Assembly: GCA_963676795.2 (NCBI GenBank)
Contig: CAXXTB010000002.1
Coordinates: forward strand, 2,112,001-2,176,000
Length of the DNA: 64,000 nucleotides
DNA from: Geopsychrobacteraceae bacterium
GTDB lineage: Bacteria; Desulfobacterota; Desulfuromonadia; Desulfuromonadales; Geopsychrobacteraceae
Direction: 5' to 3'
Part shown: positions 35,118 through 45,464 of the stretch, piece after piece
How positions within the stretch are numbered: position 1 is the first letter of the stretch
Layout: each line of letters begins with the position of its first letter
Position numbers and translations under genes: made by a program
Notes under the pieces: model-generated
The model's database searches: none
What the model saw: only the letters and a program-made list of their open reading frames with translations
Told to the model about the DNA's origin: nothing

Positions 35118-36731
35118 TCAGCCCTGAAAGTCGCTGGCAACCATCAGGGTCAGCTTCTGCCCCGGCTTGAGCACATGCCCCCTGGATAATTCGTTCCATT
35201 GACGGATCTCCTCGGTCGCGACATCGAACTGGCGGCCGATCCCCCACAGCGTGTCCCCCGGAACGACCTGATAAATCATCTTGCGGGTCGGGCCTTTTTT
35301 CACTGCAGACGCTACACGGGCCGTCGTCTTGGCGGTAGCCATCTTAGACACGACCAGAGTCTGTCCCGGCTGCAGAGTATTGCTCCAGCCCAGCTTGTTC
35401 CAGATGCGCAATTCTTTCTCGGTCACCTCAAAACGCCTGGCAATCGACCAGAGGCTGTCCCCTTTGCGCACCTTGTAGGTTTTACGCCGGCTCTTGATGT
35501 AGCTTTCGGCCAGGGCATCGGCCGGCAAAGAGGTATAGCCTTCCTTGAGTGGCAGGATCAGGTTCTGGCCGATCTGCAGGGCCTTGGGATTTTTGATCTG
35601 ATTGAGGCTGATAATATCATCGACCCGGATCTTGTAGCGTCGCGCCAGAACCTGGAGGGTATCACCGGCCTTGATCTGATGACGTGCGTAACGGGCACGC
35701 TGATCGGCAGGCAGTTGTGCATATGCGTCCATCACCTGGGCCGCCGTTCCGACAGGAACCCGTAAGCGATAACCGGTTTCTCCCGGTGGAGTACACCAGC
35801 GCTTCAGCTCGGGGTTCAGCTCTTTGATCTCGCCGTAACTGACGCCACAGAACTCGGCTATCAGTTCCAGGTCCGTGGTACTCTCCATAACGACAGTGTC
35901 GTAAGCAAAGGGCTCCTGCATTTCAATATCGGCAAAGCCATATGTTTCAGGATCCTTGACCAGCGTCAGGGTCGCAATCAGCTTCGGCAGGTAATCACAA
36001 GTTTCTTCCCGCAGAACCGATCCTTCGGTCAACTCCCAGAAATCGCGACTATCGCTTTTCCTGATCGCCTTGTTGACGGTCCCGCCGCCGGCATTATAAG
36101 CCGCAACGGCCAGGTACCAGTCGCCATCGAAACGGTCATGCAAGGTTTTGAGGTGCCGGGCTGCGGCAAGGGTCGATTTTTCAATATCCAGCCGACCATC
36201 CTGCCACCAGTCATTCTTCAGGCCATACAACTTTCCGGTACTCTCGATAAACTGCCAGGGACCAGCGGCATGGGCCCAGCTGTAGGCGCGCATATTGAAG
36301 CCGGATTCGATCAAAGCCAGATAGGCAAGATCGAGAGGGATCCCTTCTTCCCGAAACACCTCCTGGATGGAAGGAATATAGCGGGAAGCCCTTTCCAGCC
36401 AGAGCGAAAAAGTTGCCCGCCCCGAACCGGTGTAATAGTTGAGATATTTATCGACACGCGGGTGGCTTGTCAGTGGGAAATCACCTGTGTAGAAAAAAGA
36501 AAGCGGCAGCTGAGGCTCAACCACGACGGCACTGTCGGTGCCACCGGCCTCCATCCCCTGCTCCGCAATATCGGCAGGTTCTTCGCCGCAGGGCGCTGAC
36601 TCAGCCTCGACCGCTTCCTGTATTTCAGAAGCGGGATCCGGCCCCAGCACCCTGTCTATCCTTGGCGTCGGAGCATGACAGGCACCGAAGATAAGGATGA
36701 TAATGATAAAACTGTACTTCCAATAAGTCAT
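35118..36731 (-). CDS. mltD: Membrane-bound lytic murein transglycosylase with three LysM domains (MltD-like)
   Basis: Lipobox FGAC; SLT motifs LIESGF, AAGPWQFI, AAYNAG; three LysM repeats (GDTL/GDSL...LQ/KPGQ). Confidence 0.88.
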   Translation of the reverse strand: MTYWKYSFIIIILIFGACHAPTPRIDRVLGPDPASEIQEAVEAESAPCGEEPADIAEQGMEAGGTDSAVVVEPQLPLSFFYTGDFPLTSHPRVDKYLNYYTGSGRATFSLWLERASRYIPSIQEVFREEGIPLDLAYLALIESGFNMRAYSWAHAAGPWQFIESTGKLYGLKNDWWQDGRLDIEKSTLAAARHLKTLHDRFDGDWYLAVAAYNAGGGTVNKAIRKSDSRDFWELTEGSVLREETCDYLPKLIATLTLVKDPETYGFADIEMQEPFAYDTVVMESTTDLELIAEFCGVSYGEIKELNPELKRWCTPPGETGYRLRVPVGTAAQVMDAYAQLPADQRARYARHQIKAGDTLQVLARRYKIRVDDIISLNQIKNPKALQIGQNLILPLKEGYTSLPADALAESYIKSRRKTYKVRKGDSLWSIARRFEVTEKELRIWNKLGWSNTLQPGQTLVVSKMATAKTTARVASAVKKGPTRKMIYQVVPGDTLWGIGRQFDVATEEIRQWNELSRGHVLKPGQKLTLMVASDFQG

Positions 36732-36810
36732 TCTACTGTCTCCGAAACAGTATTTATAAAATTTACAAATACTAATTTTCTATTAAATCCACAGACAAAG
36801 TCAATAAACT

Positions 36811-38454
36811 TCAATCTTCCAGCCTCTCAGCCGGCCAGAAGCGCTTCTCCATCTCGTCCATCAGTGGGCCAAAACTTTTTCGCTCGAGCGCCGAAACCGG
36901 AATCGCCTGGTAGCGACGACACAGGGCCGAACGCTCCGGCTCGGGAACCAGGTCGGTCTTGTTAAAAACCAGCAGACGCTTGCGGGTTCCCAGATCAAGA
37001 TCGTCGAGGATCTTGTCAACCGAACGGATCTGCTCCTCAAAGCGCGGATTCGAGACGTCGACCAGATGTAGCAGCAAGTCGGCATCCTCGAGCTCTTCCA
37101 GGGTTGCCTTGAAAGCTCCGATCAGGCTCGTCGGCAGATCACGGATAAAACCGACGGTATCGGTGATGATGACCTCCCGGTCGAGGGGAAAACGTAGTCG
37201 CCTGGTCGAGGTATCCAGGGTTGCGAACATCAGGTTTTCAGTAAACACTTCGCTCTGGGTCAAAGCATTGAGCAAGGTCGATTTACCGGCATTGGTATAG
37301 CCGACGATCGAGACGATCGGCACCCCGGCACGTACGCGCTTCTGGCGCCGCTGCATCCGCCCGCGGCTCAAGGTCTCGAGTTCGTTCTCCAGCCGCCTGA
37401 TCTTGTCCCGCGTGCGGCGCCGGTCGATTTCCAACTTGGTCTCCCCCGGTCCGCGTCCGCCGATCCCGCCCATCAGGCGCGACATCGCGGTGCCCTTGCC
37501 TCCGGCGAGGCGCGGCATAATATATTTGAGCTGAGCCAGTTCGACCTGAACCTTGCCGTCACGTGACTGCGCGCGGTTGGCAAAGATGTCGAGAATCAGC
37601 TGGGTCCGGTCGATAACCTTGATCTCCGTCACATCGGTAATCGAGCGCACCTGGTTCGGCGTCAGGTTCTGGTCAAAGACGAGCAGGGTCGCGCGGCGCT
37701 GCAGGGCATTGATAATGATCTCACGCAGCTTCCCTTCCCCGACCAGGTAGCGCGGATTGAGCTTGCGCGGACGCTGAACAACCTTGTCGATCACCACCAG
37801 ATTCGCTGTCCTGGCCAGCTCTTCAAGCTCATCCAGGGAATCCTGGACCTGACGCTGGGTACCACTGCCAACCGAGATCAACAGCGCCCGTTCGCGTCCA
37901 TCAGACAGGTCGACAGTTTCTTCGGCGGTCCGTTCCATCTCCTGATCGAGAGAGCGGACAAAGGCTGCAAAATCGAGATCGAGCTGATAATAATCGTTGA
38001 GCTGATGCTGTTCGATCTGAGCGACATCGGCTGTCGGCAACAGGTGAGCGTAGTAAAGTTTTCCCGGCAACCCGTCAGCACGGACGCCGATAGCCGCCAT
38101 CAGATCGAGCCGTAACAGCTCGAGATCGGTCATATCGTCGCGGCTTAAGGGTTCCTGCTTGAGGTGGGTATGGATGCAACGCAGGCCACGCAGGCCACTA
38201 CGCCCCAGGCTGAAGCTGGACAGATCTGGAATAACGATCTCCCGGTCGTCACCGACGATGACATATTGAACGACACCGGCACGGTCGATGATCAGACCGA
38301 CCTGGCGTTGAATTTCAGCAGACAGTTCGGTGATATAGCGCGCAAGTTCGGAAGAGATAACCTCATTTGCGGCAATCTTACGCCGATAAATCCGTTCAAG
38401 AGCATTGATCTGACTGGCTTTAAGGCCACTGAGCTTGCCTTCTACCATTGACAC
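36811..38454 (-). CDS. hflX: GTPase HflX with N-terminal extension
   Basis: GGIGGRGPGETKLE, GYTNAGKST, FATLDT, DTVGFI, NKTD. Confidence 0.96.
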   Translation of the reverse strand: MSMVEGKLSGLKASQINALERIYRRKIAANEVISSELARYITELSAEIQRQVGLIIDRAGVVQYVIVGDDREIVIPDLSSFSLGRSGLRGLRCIHTHLKQEPLSRDDMTDLELLRLDLMAAIGVRADGLPGKLYYAHLLPTADVAQIEQHQLNDYYQLDLDFAAFVRSLDQEMERTAEETVDLSDGRERALLISVGSGTQRQVQDSLDELEELARTANLVVIDKVVQRPRKLNPRYLVGEGKLREIIINALQRRATLLVFDQNLTPNQVRSITDVTEIKVIDRTQLILDIFANRAQSRDGKVQVELAQLKYIMPRLAGGKGTAMSRLMGGIGGRGPGETKLEIDRRRTRDKIRRLENELETLSRGRMQRRQKRVRAGVPIVSIVGYTNAGKSTLLNALTQSEVFTENLMFATLDTSTRRLRFPLDREVIITDTVGFIRDLPTSLIGAFKATLEELEDADLLLHLVDVSNPRFEEQIRSVDKILDDLDLGTRKRLLVFNKTDLVPEPERSALCRRYQAIPVSALERKSFGPLMDEMEKRFWPAERLED

Positions 38455-38516
38455 CTCAAAAACCAGTAAAGGCCCCTGACGGAGCCTTTACGTTCTGAAT
38501 TATGCTAAAAATGACC

Positions 38517-39287
38517 TTAACCGGCAACGGTACTGAACCCTGCGTCGACATAGTGAATTTCACCAGTGACGCCGGATGCCAGATCGGAGAGCAGGTAAAG
38601 GGTGGCCTTGCCGACATCCTCGGTCGAAACCAGACGTCTGAGCGGAGCCAGCTCTTCGGCGCGCTTGAGCTTGTCCTTGAAGTTGGAAATGCCGGAAGCG
38701 GCCAGGGTCTTGATCGGACCGGCGGAAACCGCGTTGACACGGATTCCCTGTTCACCGAGCTCTGCAGCCAGGTAACGAACGGAAGATTCCAGGGCGGCCT
38801 TGGCAACACCCATGACGTTATACTGCGGAACGGAACGAACCGATCCAAGGTAAGTCATGGTGACAATGCTGCCACCCGGTGCCATGACCGGAATAGCTGC
38901 ACGGGTCACTGAAACCAGCGAGTAGGCGCTGATGTCGAGAGCCAGTTGAAAGCCCTCACGGCTGGTCTGGCTGAATGGCTGCTTGAGGTCTTCACGGTTG
39001 GCGTAGGCGATGGCGTGAACGACAAAATCAACCTGTCCCCACTGGGTTTTCAGCTCAGTGAAAACGGCATTCAGTTCTTCTTCATTCTGGACATCACAAG
39101 GCAGGATAATCGTTGATCCCAGGCTTTCAGCCAGCGGGCGGACACGCTTCTCCAGTGCCTCATTCAGATAGGTAAAGGCCAGTTCAGCTCCGGCGGCATG
39201 CAATTGTTCCGCAATACCCCAGGCAATGCTTTTATCGTTGGCGACACCGAGGATTACACCGCGTTTGCCCTTCATCAGTCCTGTCAT
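38517..39287 (-). CDS. fabI: Enoyl-ACP reductase
   Basis: GVANDKSIAWGIA, ISAYSL, YNVMGVAKAALE, SAGPIKTLAASGI. Confidence 0.96.
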   Translation of the reverse strand: MTGLMKGKRGVILGVANDKSIAWGIAEQLHAAGAELAFTYLNEALEKRVRPLAESLGSTIILPCDVQNEEELNAVFTELKTQWGQVDFVVHAIAYANREDLKQPFSQTSREGFQLALDISAYSLVSVTRAAIPVMAPGGSIVTMTYLGSVRSVPQYNVMGVAKAALESSVRYLAAELGEQGIRVNAVSAGPIKTLAASGISNFKDKLKRAEELAPLRRLVSTEDVGKATLYLLSDLASGVTGEIHYVDAGFSTVAG

Positions 39288-39473
39288 TCAATGGTCTCCT
39301 TGTAGTTACATCATCATTTAATGAACATGACTTTTTATCAAAAGCTGCCGGCAAAGGCAAGACCCCTTGTACCTCACTGAAATCTCAACTTTTTTTTCGC
39401 ACCATCCCTATTCACGCGGGAAAAGATCATTTAGACTGTTTCTCAGCATCCACGAAGCCAAGGAGACCAATGC

Positions 39474-40883
39474 ATGAAACAGACACTCTTCGATAAACTC
39501 TGGGCCAGCCATGTCGTCAACGAAGATGCCGACGGCACCTGCCTGCTCTATATTGACCGCCAGTTGCTCCATGAGGTCACCTCTCCGCAGGCCTTTGAAG
39601 GACTGCGCCTGGCCGGGCGCACACCCTGGCGCAGGGAAGCCAACCTGGCGGTCCCCGATCACAATGTCCCGACAGCAGACCGCGCCCAGGGCGTCAGTGA
39701 TCCGGTCTCAAAGATTCAGATCGAAACACTGGAAAAAAACTGTCGTGAATTCGGCATCACCCTGTTCGGTATGGATGATCCCCGCCAGGGGATTGTTCAC
39801 GTCATCGGTCCGGAGCAGGGAGCCACCCTGCCCGGCATGACCATTGTCTGTGGTGATTCCCATACCGCGACACATGGTGCCTTCGGCGCTCTCGCCTTCG
39901 GTATCGGCACCTCGGAAGTCGAACATGTGCTGGCCACCCAGTGCCTGATTCAGAAAAAATCAAAAAGCATGCTGGTTGAGGTCAGTGGCGAATTGCCGAC
40001 CGGCCTGACCGCCAAGGATATCATCCTGGCAACAATCGGCCGCATCGGCACCGCCGGCGGCACCGGCTACACCATCGAATTCGGCGGTTCGGCAATCCGC
40101 AGCCTGTCGATGGAGGGGCGCATGACGGTCTGCAACATGGCGATCGAAGCCGGCGCACGGGCCGGAATCATCGCTGTCGACCAGACAACCATCGACTATC
40201 TCAAGGGGCGCCCCTACGCCCCGAGCGGAGAACTGTGGGACAAGGCTGTGACCAGCTGGCTTGAACTGAAGAGCGACCCGGATGCCGAATACGATCGCGT
40301 TGTGCGCATCGATGCCCGCGATCTCCAGCCACAGGTCACCTGGGGGACCTCACCGGAGATGGTCGTCACCGTCGATGAAAAGGTTCCCGACCCGGCGACG
40401 GAAGCCAATCCGACCAAACGCGAAAGCATCCAGGCCGCGCTGAAATACATGGGCCTTGAGCCCGGCACGCCGATCACCGAGATCTCGCCCGATATCATCT
40501 TCATCGGCTCCTGCACCAACGGTCGCATCGAGGATCTGCGTGCCGTCGCCGCCGTCGTCAAAGGACGCAAGGTCGCGGCCAATATCAAGCAGGCGCTGGT
40601 CGTACCCGGTTCAGGCCTGGTCAAGCAGCAGGCCGAAGCCGAAGGCCTGGACAAGATCCTTATCGAAGCCGGATTCGAATGGCGCGAACCGGGCTGTTCC
40701 ATGTGTCTGGCCATGAACAGCGACCGCCTGGCTCCGGGTGAACGCTGCGCCTCGACCTCGAACCGTAACTTCGAGGGGCGCCAGGGCCAGGGCGGCCGCA
40801 CTCATCTGGTCAGCCCGGCCATGGCTGCCGCTGCGGCGGTTACCGGGCACTTTGTCGACGTGCGCCAACTGGAGGTAAAATAA
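39474..40883 (+). CDS. leuC: 3-isopropylmalate dehydratase large subunit
   Basis: [48 protein letters not shown]. Confidence 0.97.
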   Translation: MKQTLFDKLWASHVVNEDADGTCLLYIDRQLLHEVTSPQAFEGLRLAGRTPWRREANLAVPDHNVPTADRAQGVSDPVSKIQIETLEKNCREFGITLFGMDDPRQGIVHVIGPEQGATLPGMTIVCGDSHTATHGAFGALAFGIGTSEVEHVLATQCLIQKKSKSMLVEVSGELPTGLTAKDIILATIGRIGTAGGTGYTIEFGGSAIRSLSMEGRMTVCNMAIEAGARAGIIAVDQTTIDYLKGRPYAPSGELWDKAVTSWLELKSDPDAEYDRVVRIDARDLQPQVTWGTSPEMVVTVDEKVPDPATEANPTKRESIQAALKYMGLEPGTPITEISPDIIFIGSCTNGRIEDLRAVAAVVKGRKVAANIKQALVVPGSGLVKQQAEAEGLDKILIEAGFEWREPGCSMCLAMNSDRLAPGERCASTSNRNFEGRQGQGGRTHLVSPAMAAAAAVTGHFVDVRQLEVK

Positions 40884-40884
40884 G

Positions 40885-41526
40885 ATGGATAAATTCAGTA
40901 ACTTTCACGGACTGGTCGCCCCGCTCGATCGGGCCAATATCGATACCGACGCAATCATCCCGAAGCAGTTCCTCAAATCGATTAAACGGACCGGCTTCGG
41001 CCCCTACCTGTTTGATGAATGGCGTTACCTTGACCACGGAGAACCGGGCACGGACTGCACCAATCGCCCGCTCAATACAAGCTTTGTCCTCAATCAGCCG
41101 CAATACAAGGGGGCCAGCATCCTGTTGACCCGGGCCAACTTCGGCTGCGGGTCATCAAGAGAGCATGCGCCCTGGGCGCTGCTCGATTTCGGCATCAGAA
41201 CGATCATCGCACCGAGCTTTGCCGACATCTTTTACAACAATTGCTTCAAGAACGGAATCCTGCCGATCGTTCTTGACGAAGCGCTCATCGACAGCCTGTT
41301 TAAAGCGGTTGGCAGCAGTGCCGGTTTCAGGCTGCAAATCGACCTGGAAAATCAGCGTATCGAGCGCCCTGACGGCGAAACAATCGCCTTTGACATCGAC
41401 CCGTTCCGTAAGCACTGTCTGCTCAACGGTCTGGATGACATCGGTCTGACCTTGCAGAAGATCGACAGCATTAAAGATTACGAAAACCGTCATCGCCAGG
41501 ACGCACCCTGGCTGTTCGCCAACTAA
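40885..41526 (+). CDS. leuD: 3-isopropylmalate dehydratase small subunit
   Basis: [47 protein letters not shown]. Confidence 0.97.
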   Translation: MDKFSNFHGLVAPLDRANIDTDAIIPKQFLKSIKRTGFGPYLFDEWRYLDHGEPGTDCTNRPLNTSFVLNQPQYKGASILLTRANFGCGSSREHAPWALLDFGIRTIIAPSFADIFYNNCFKNGILPIVLDEALIDSLFKAVGSSAGFRLQIDLENQRIERPDGETIAFDIDPFRKHCLLNGLDDIGLTLQKIDSIKDYENRHRQDAPWLFAN

Positions 41527-41527
41527 C

Positions 41528-41567
41528 AACGCCAAAGGCCCCGGGATAGCCCGGGGCCTTTGGCGTT
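41528..41567. terminator. Bidirectional terminator
   Basis: aacgccaaaggccccggg-atag-cccggggcctttggcgtt, a perfect 18-bp stem. Confidence 0.88.
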
Positions 41568-41593
41568 TCAGCGTGAATAATTAGAACAACAGA

Positions 41594-42085
41594 TCATTCA
41601 AATTCCTTGATCACCGCGTTTTTCTTCAGCAACGTCTTTGACTTCTCCTTGGTTATTTCTTTACGCCTCAGAGCATTGTTGTAGCGCCTATGATCATCGT
41701 CAGTCACCAGCTCGAGCGGCTCAACCTTGACCGGTTTACCATCGTCGTCGACGGCAACCATGGTGAAGTAGCAGGTGTTGGTATGCGAGACAACCTGTTT
41801 ACGGATATCTTCGGTGACAACCTTGATGCCGATCTCCATCGATGAAGTCCCGACGTAGTTCACGTTGGCAAAGAAAGTCACGAGGCTGCCGACAGGAATC
41901 GGTCTCTTGAACAGAACCATATCGACCGACAGGGTCACGACGTACTGTCCGCTGTAACGCGAAGCACAGGCAAAGGCAACCTCATCAAGCATCTTCAGCA
42001 GTTGGCCACCATGCAGATTCCCGCTGAAATTTGCCATCCCGGGGGTAATCAGAACAGACATGTTCAAAGACTTGTTTTCCTGCAT
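41594..42085 (-). CDS. Acyl-CoA thioesterase (hotdog fold, YciA-like)
   Basis: ANFSGNLHGGQLLKMLDEVA, VTLSVD, VGTSSMEIGI, YFTMVAVD. Confidence 0.92.
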   Translation of the reverse strand: MQENKSLNMSVLITPGMANFSGNLHGGQLLKMLDEVAFACASRYSGQYVVTLSVDMVLFKRPIPVGSLVTFFANVNYVGTSSMEIGIKVVTEDIRKQVVSHTNTCYFTMVAVDDDGKPVKVEPLELVTDDDHRRYNNALRRKEITKEKSKTLLKKNAVIKEFE

Positions 42086-42304
42086 AAACTCTCCATTATC
42101 AGATAAATAAAACCATCCGGCATTTCATCTCAGCCGGGATTGATACTTTAGCACAAATCCCGTATTGTGAGGCTCTGCATCTTACCCACAGATGCATTTC
42201 TTTGTGTCAGAAAGAACAACTCTCAATACTGTGACATTAGCTCTTTGAACAGAGTTCATGTATGATTGTAGAAAACCTTTTTCCGAAACAAGGTGGAGGC
42301 ACTT

Positions 42305-42613
42305 ATGAGTTCTTCCGATTTTGAAAAAAGCAAAGAAAAACTTACCCAGGATTATCGCAAACTCCTCAAAGATGCTGAAGATCTGATCTCCAGCCTGCCC
42401 GGCGAACTGAACGACAAAACATCCGAAGCGAAAGCCAGGTTGGAAGAAACCGTGGGGCAGTTCAAAAACAGCTATGGTTCCGCAGCCGACAGGGTCCAGG
42501 AGCAGATCAAGAAATCGGATCAGCTGATCAGGGACTACCCCTATCAAGCAGCGGGAATCTCCCTCGCTATCGGTTTTCTCATCGGCCTGCTTCTCAAACG
42601 CGGAAACAGCTAG
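42305..42613 (+). CDS. DUF883 family protein (ElaB/YqjD-like)
   Basis: Helical body followed by the C-terminal anchor IRDYPYQAAGISLAIGFLIGLLLKR; GGAGG SD. Confidence 0.88.
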   Translation: MSSSDFEKSKEKLTQDYRKLLKDAEDLISSLPGELNDKTSEAKARLEETVGQFKNSYGSAADRVQEQIKKSDQLIRDYPYQAAGISLAIGFLIGLLLKRGNS

Positions 42614-42981
42614 TGCTGCCGACCAAGCAGGATTTCAGCAGTTTCTGGCACAATGTTACCGCATTACTGTGGAATCGTCTCGAACTGTTCAGCCTGGAAC
42701 TCAGAGAGGAACAGGACCGGTTCTTTCGCCTGGCATTCCTCTGCCTGTTCAGCCTGGCGATTGCGCTGATCGGTCTTGTCTTGCTGCTGCTCGCCCTGCT
42801 ACTGGTTATTCCCCAAGAGTTACGGCCTCTGACCTGCCTGATTACCGGCGTTGCCTGCCTGATCCTGGGAATCCTCGGCTGGTGGCGCCTGCAGAGGAAG
42901 CTCTCCCATGGTCCACTGCCGTTTGCAACGATCCGCGATGAGATCAGAAAAGACCTGGGAGTAAATGATGACCGGCCATAA
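42613..42981 (+). CDS. YqjE-like membrane protein (holin-like superfamily)
   Basis: RLELFSLELREE, two TM helices, PFATIRDEIRKD; follows the yqjD-like gene. Confidence 0.8.
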   Translation: MLPTKQDFSSFWHNVTALLWNRLELFSLELREEQDRFFRLAFLCLFSLAIALIGLVLLLLALLLVIPQELRPLTCLITGVACLILGILGWWRLQRKLSHGPLPFATIRDEIRKDLGVNDDRP

Positions 42982-43159
42982 GCGGAAGGCTCAAAAGCGT
43001 GAACTGGTTCTGCAGGGACAACTGCTGCGCTACAACCTGAAATTTCAGGTATTGCAGACCAGACAGCAGCTGATCCAGACAGAGCACAACCTGAGAATGC
43101 TCGGACGGATCATCAGCGCTCTCAGGAACTTCTGTCACCGAGAGCGCTGCACCAAATAA
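42968..43159 (+). CDS. Small YqjK-like protein
   Basis: RKAQKRELVLQGQLLR; third position of the yqjD-E-K-like arrangement, overlapping the previous gene. Confidence 0.55.
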   Translation: MTGHKRKAQKRELVLQGQLLRYNLKFQVLQTRQQLIQTEHNLRMLGRIISALRNFCHRERCTK

Positions 43160-43163
43160 AAAG

Positions 43164-43634
43164 CTATTTCTCCATCGCCGTGACACCGGTCCGGGCAATC
43201 TCGACGACATGCTCCCAACCGACCTCGTTGATGAATTCATCGATGGTCCGGGTCGACCCTGAGACCTGGACCAACTGGATATCCTCGTTCATCTGTTCCA
43301 GAATCTCAATATTGTAGTGCTTGAGAAAGCCTTCAAGCTGCGGAGCGTCGATCTCCAGCTTGATGATCGCCACCTCCCGCCAATAACTGTGTTCCGTATC
43401 AAGTTCCTTGGCAGAAATAACCTCGGTGAACCTTTCCAGCTGTTTGAGGACCTGAACGACCTTGGCGTCGTCATTCTCCTCCAGAGTAATGGTCATTCGG
43501 CTGACTCCCGGAATCCGCGAACGACAGACAGTCAGGGTGTCAACGTTGTACATCTTCTTGCGGATCAGCATGGAGATCTTGTTGAGAACGCCCGGGTGGT
43601 CGAGTGTAAATGCCAGTATTGCCCTCCGTTTCAT
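43164..43634 (-). CDS. ilvN: Acetolactate synthase small (regulatory) subunit
   Basis: ACT domain PGVLNKI...YNVDTL...SRMTI; C-terminal EIARTG; ATGA overlap with ilvB. Confidence 0.88.
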   Translation of the reverse strand: MKRRAILAFTLDHPGVLNKISMLIRKKMYNVDTLTVCRSRIPGVSRMTITLEENDDAKVVQVLKQLERFTEVISAKELDTEHSYWREVAIIKLEIDAPQLEGFLKHYNIEILEQMNEDIQLVQVSGSTRTIDEFINEVGWEHVVEIARTGVTAMEK

Positions 43635-45394
43635 GCCGCATCCTCCTGAGAAACTGTCGCATCCGGCTTCTTCGGATGCTTGACCATCATGTCTTCAAAA
43701 CCGCCGCCGGCCGGAATCATCGGCAGGACAACTTCGGCGGGATCACAAATAAATTCGAGAACCATCGGACCCTGATGGGCAACCGCTTTTTCCAGCGCAG
43801 GAGTAACATCCTCAAGTTTTTCCACCTTGAGATAGGGCAGCCCATAGGCCTGGGCGATCAACCCGAAGTCCGGACTCTGCATCGGGGTTCCGGCGTAGCG
43901 GCCATCAAAGAAAAAGGTCTGCCACTGGCGAACCATGCCCAGATAACCGTTGTTCAGGATGACGATCTTGACATCGACCTGCTGCTCCATGATGGTGCCG
44001 AGTTCCTGAATATTCATCTGGAAGCTGCCATCACCACTGATTGACCAGACCCGCTCATCGGGACGGGCAAGCTTGACCCCGATGGCCATCGGCAGAGAAC
44101 AGCCCATGGTGCCGGCACCGCCTGAGCCAAACCAGCTGTTCGGTGTCTGATAATTATAAAACCGGGCACACATCATCTGATGCTGACCGACATCAGGAAC
44201 GATCAGATCCTTGCCGGCGGTAACCTCGGAAAGACGATGAATAATCCCCTTCATCATCAACCGGCCGTCTTCACCGACACCTGTTTCGATCTCCTCCTTC
44301 AGATCCCCGGCCATGACCTGACGGAACCCTTCGATCTTTTCCAGCCAGCGCCGCCGCGGCTTGCTGGTCAGCATCGGTTCGCCGAGCAGAACGTGCAGGG
44401 TCCGATAGACATCGGCGTTAATGGCCAGACTGGTTTTGACATTTTTGTCGATCTCCGACGGATCGATCTCGACATGGATGACATCGGCATTCTGAGCATA
44501 TTCGTTGAGCTTGCCGGTCACCCGGTCATCGAAACGCATGCCGAAGGAGATCAGCAGGTCTGCTTCCATGATCGCCCGGTTTGCTTCTACCGTTCCGTGC
44601 ATCCCCATCATGCCGAGGCTTAAGGGATGATCGGCCGGTATGGCTGAAAGACCGTGAAAGGTAAAGGCCACAGGAATGTTCATCTGCTCGGCGAACTTGC
44701 GCAGCAGCTCGCCGGCATTGCTGTTGATGACTCCATGACCGCAGAAGATCACCGGCCGCTCGCTTCTGTTGATCAGATCAACCGCTTTTTTGATCGCTTC
44801 ACGCTCCGGCGTCGGCGTAAAAATATAGCCCGGCAGATCCGGTCGGTAGGATTCAAAATCGAAACTGTAGTCGTCCCCGACATGTTCATTCTGAATATCC
44901 TTGGGGACATCAATGACAACCGGTCCGGTCCGGCCGGTTTTGGCGACGTAAAAACCTTCGTGAACCGTCTCCTCAAGCAGCTCCGGCTCAAGCGGCATAT
45001 AGGTCTGCTTGCAGATCGGCATCATGACGCCGACGACATCGCTTTCCTGGAAAGCATCAGTCGCAATGACCCCGGTCGCAACCTGGCCGGTAATTGCCAC
45101 CATCGGGATCGAATCCATATAGGCGTCGGCGATACCGGTCACCAGGTTCATCGCCCCGGGACCAGATGTCGCCAGACAGACACCGACCTGAGGTGTTTCC
45201 GTCGACAATGACGCCCGGGACAATCCCTGGGCCATAAAGGTCGCCCCCTGCTCATGGCGGGACATCACAAACTTGAAGCCACCGTGCCGCTCCATCTCGT
45301 CAAAAATCGGCATGATCGTGCCGCCGGTGTAGCCGAACAGAAACTGAACCTTCTGGTCCTTCAGCGCCTTGAGCAATAACTCTTTACCCGTCAT
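43631..45394 (-). CDS. ilvB: Acetolactate synthase large subunit
   Basis: RHEQGA, TSGPGAMN, DAFQE, GMMGMHG, RFDDRVTG, DVGQHQM, GDGSFQMN, LGMVRQWQ. Confidence 0.95.
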   Translation of the reverse strand: MTGKELLLKALKDQKVQFLFGYTGGTIMPIFDEMERHGGFKFVMSRHEQGATFMAQGLSRASLSTETPQVGVCLATSGPGAMNLVTGIADAYMDSIPMVAITGQVATGVIATDAFQESDVVGVMMPICKQTYMPLEPELLEETVHEGFYVAKTGRTGPVVIDVPKDIQNEHVGDDYSFDFESYRPDLPGYIFTPTPEREAIKKAVDLINRSERPVIFCGHGVINSNAGELLRKFAEQMNIPVAFTFHGLSAIPADHPLSLGMMGMHGTVEANRAIMEADLLISFGMRFDDRVTGKLNEYAQNADVIHVEIDPSEIDKNVKTSLAINADVYRTLHVLLGEPMLTSKPRRRWLEKIEGFRQVMAGDLKEEIETGVGEDGRLMMKGIIHRLSEVTAGKDLIVPDVGQHQMMCARFYNYQTPNSWFGSGGAGTMGCSLPMAIGVKLARPDERVWSISGDGSFQMNIQELGTIMEQQVDVKIVILNNGYLGMVRQWQTFFFDGRYAGTPMQSPDFGLIAQAYGLPYLKVEKLEDVTPALEKAVAHQGPMVLEFICDPAEVVLPMIPAGGGFEDMMVKHPKKPDATVSQEDAA

Positions 45395-45445
45395 ATCAAC
45401 CCCTGATACTAAGATTTTTGTCATTCAGCTGGTACGAAAAGCAAC

Positions 45446-45464
45446 TATAACAAATAAAGTTATA
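45446..45464. promoter_or_regulatory. Palindromic operator candidate upstream of ilvB
   Basis: TATAAC-aaataaa-GTTATA, a perfect dyad. Confidence 0.45.

Noticed and set aside
42613..42981. Holin-family hit as evidence of a prophage
   Set aside because: The context is the cellular yqjD-E-K-like operon; there are no endolysin, structural or integrase genes in the window.
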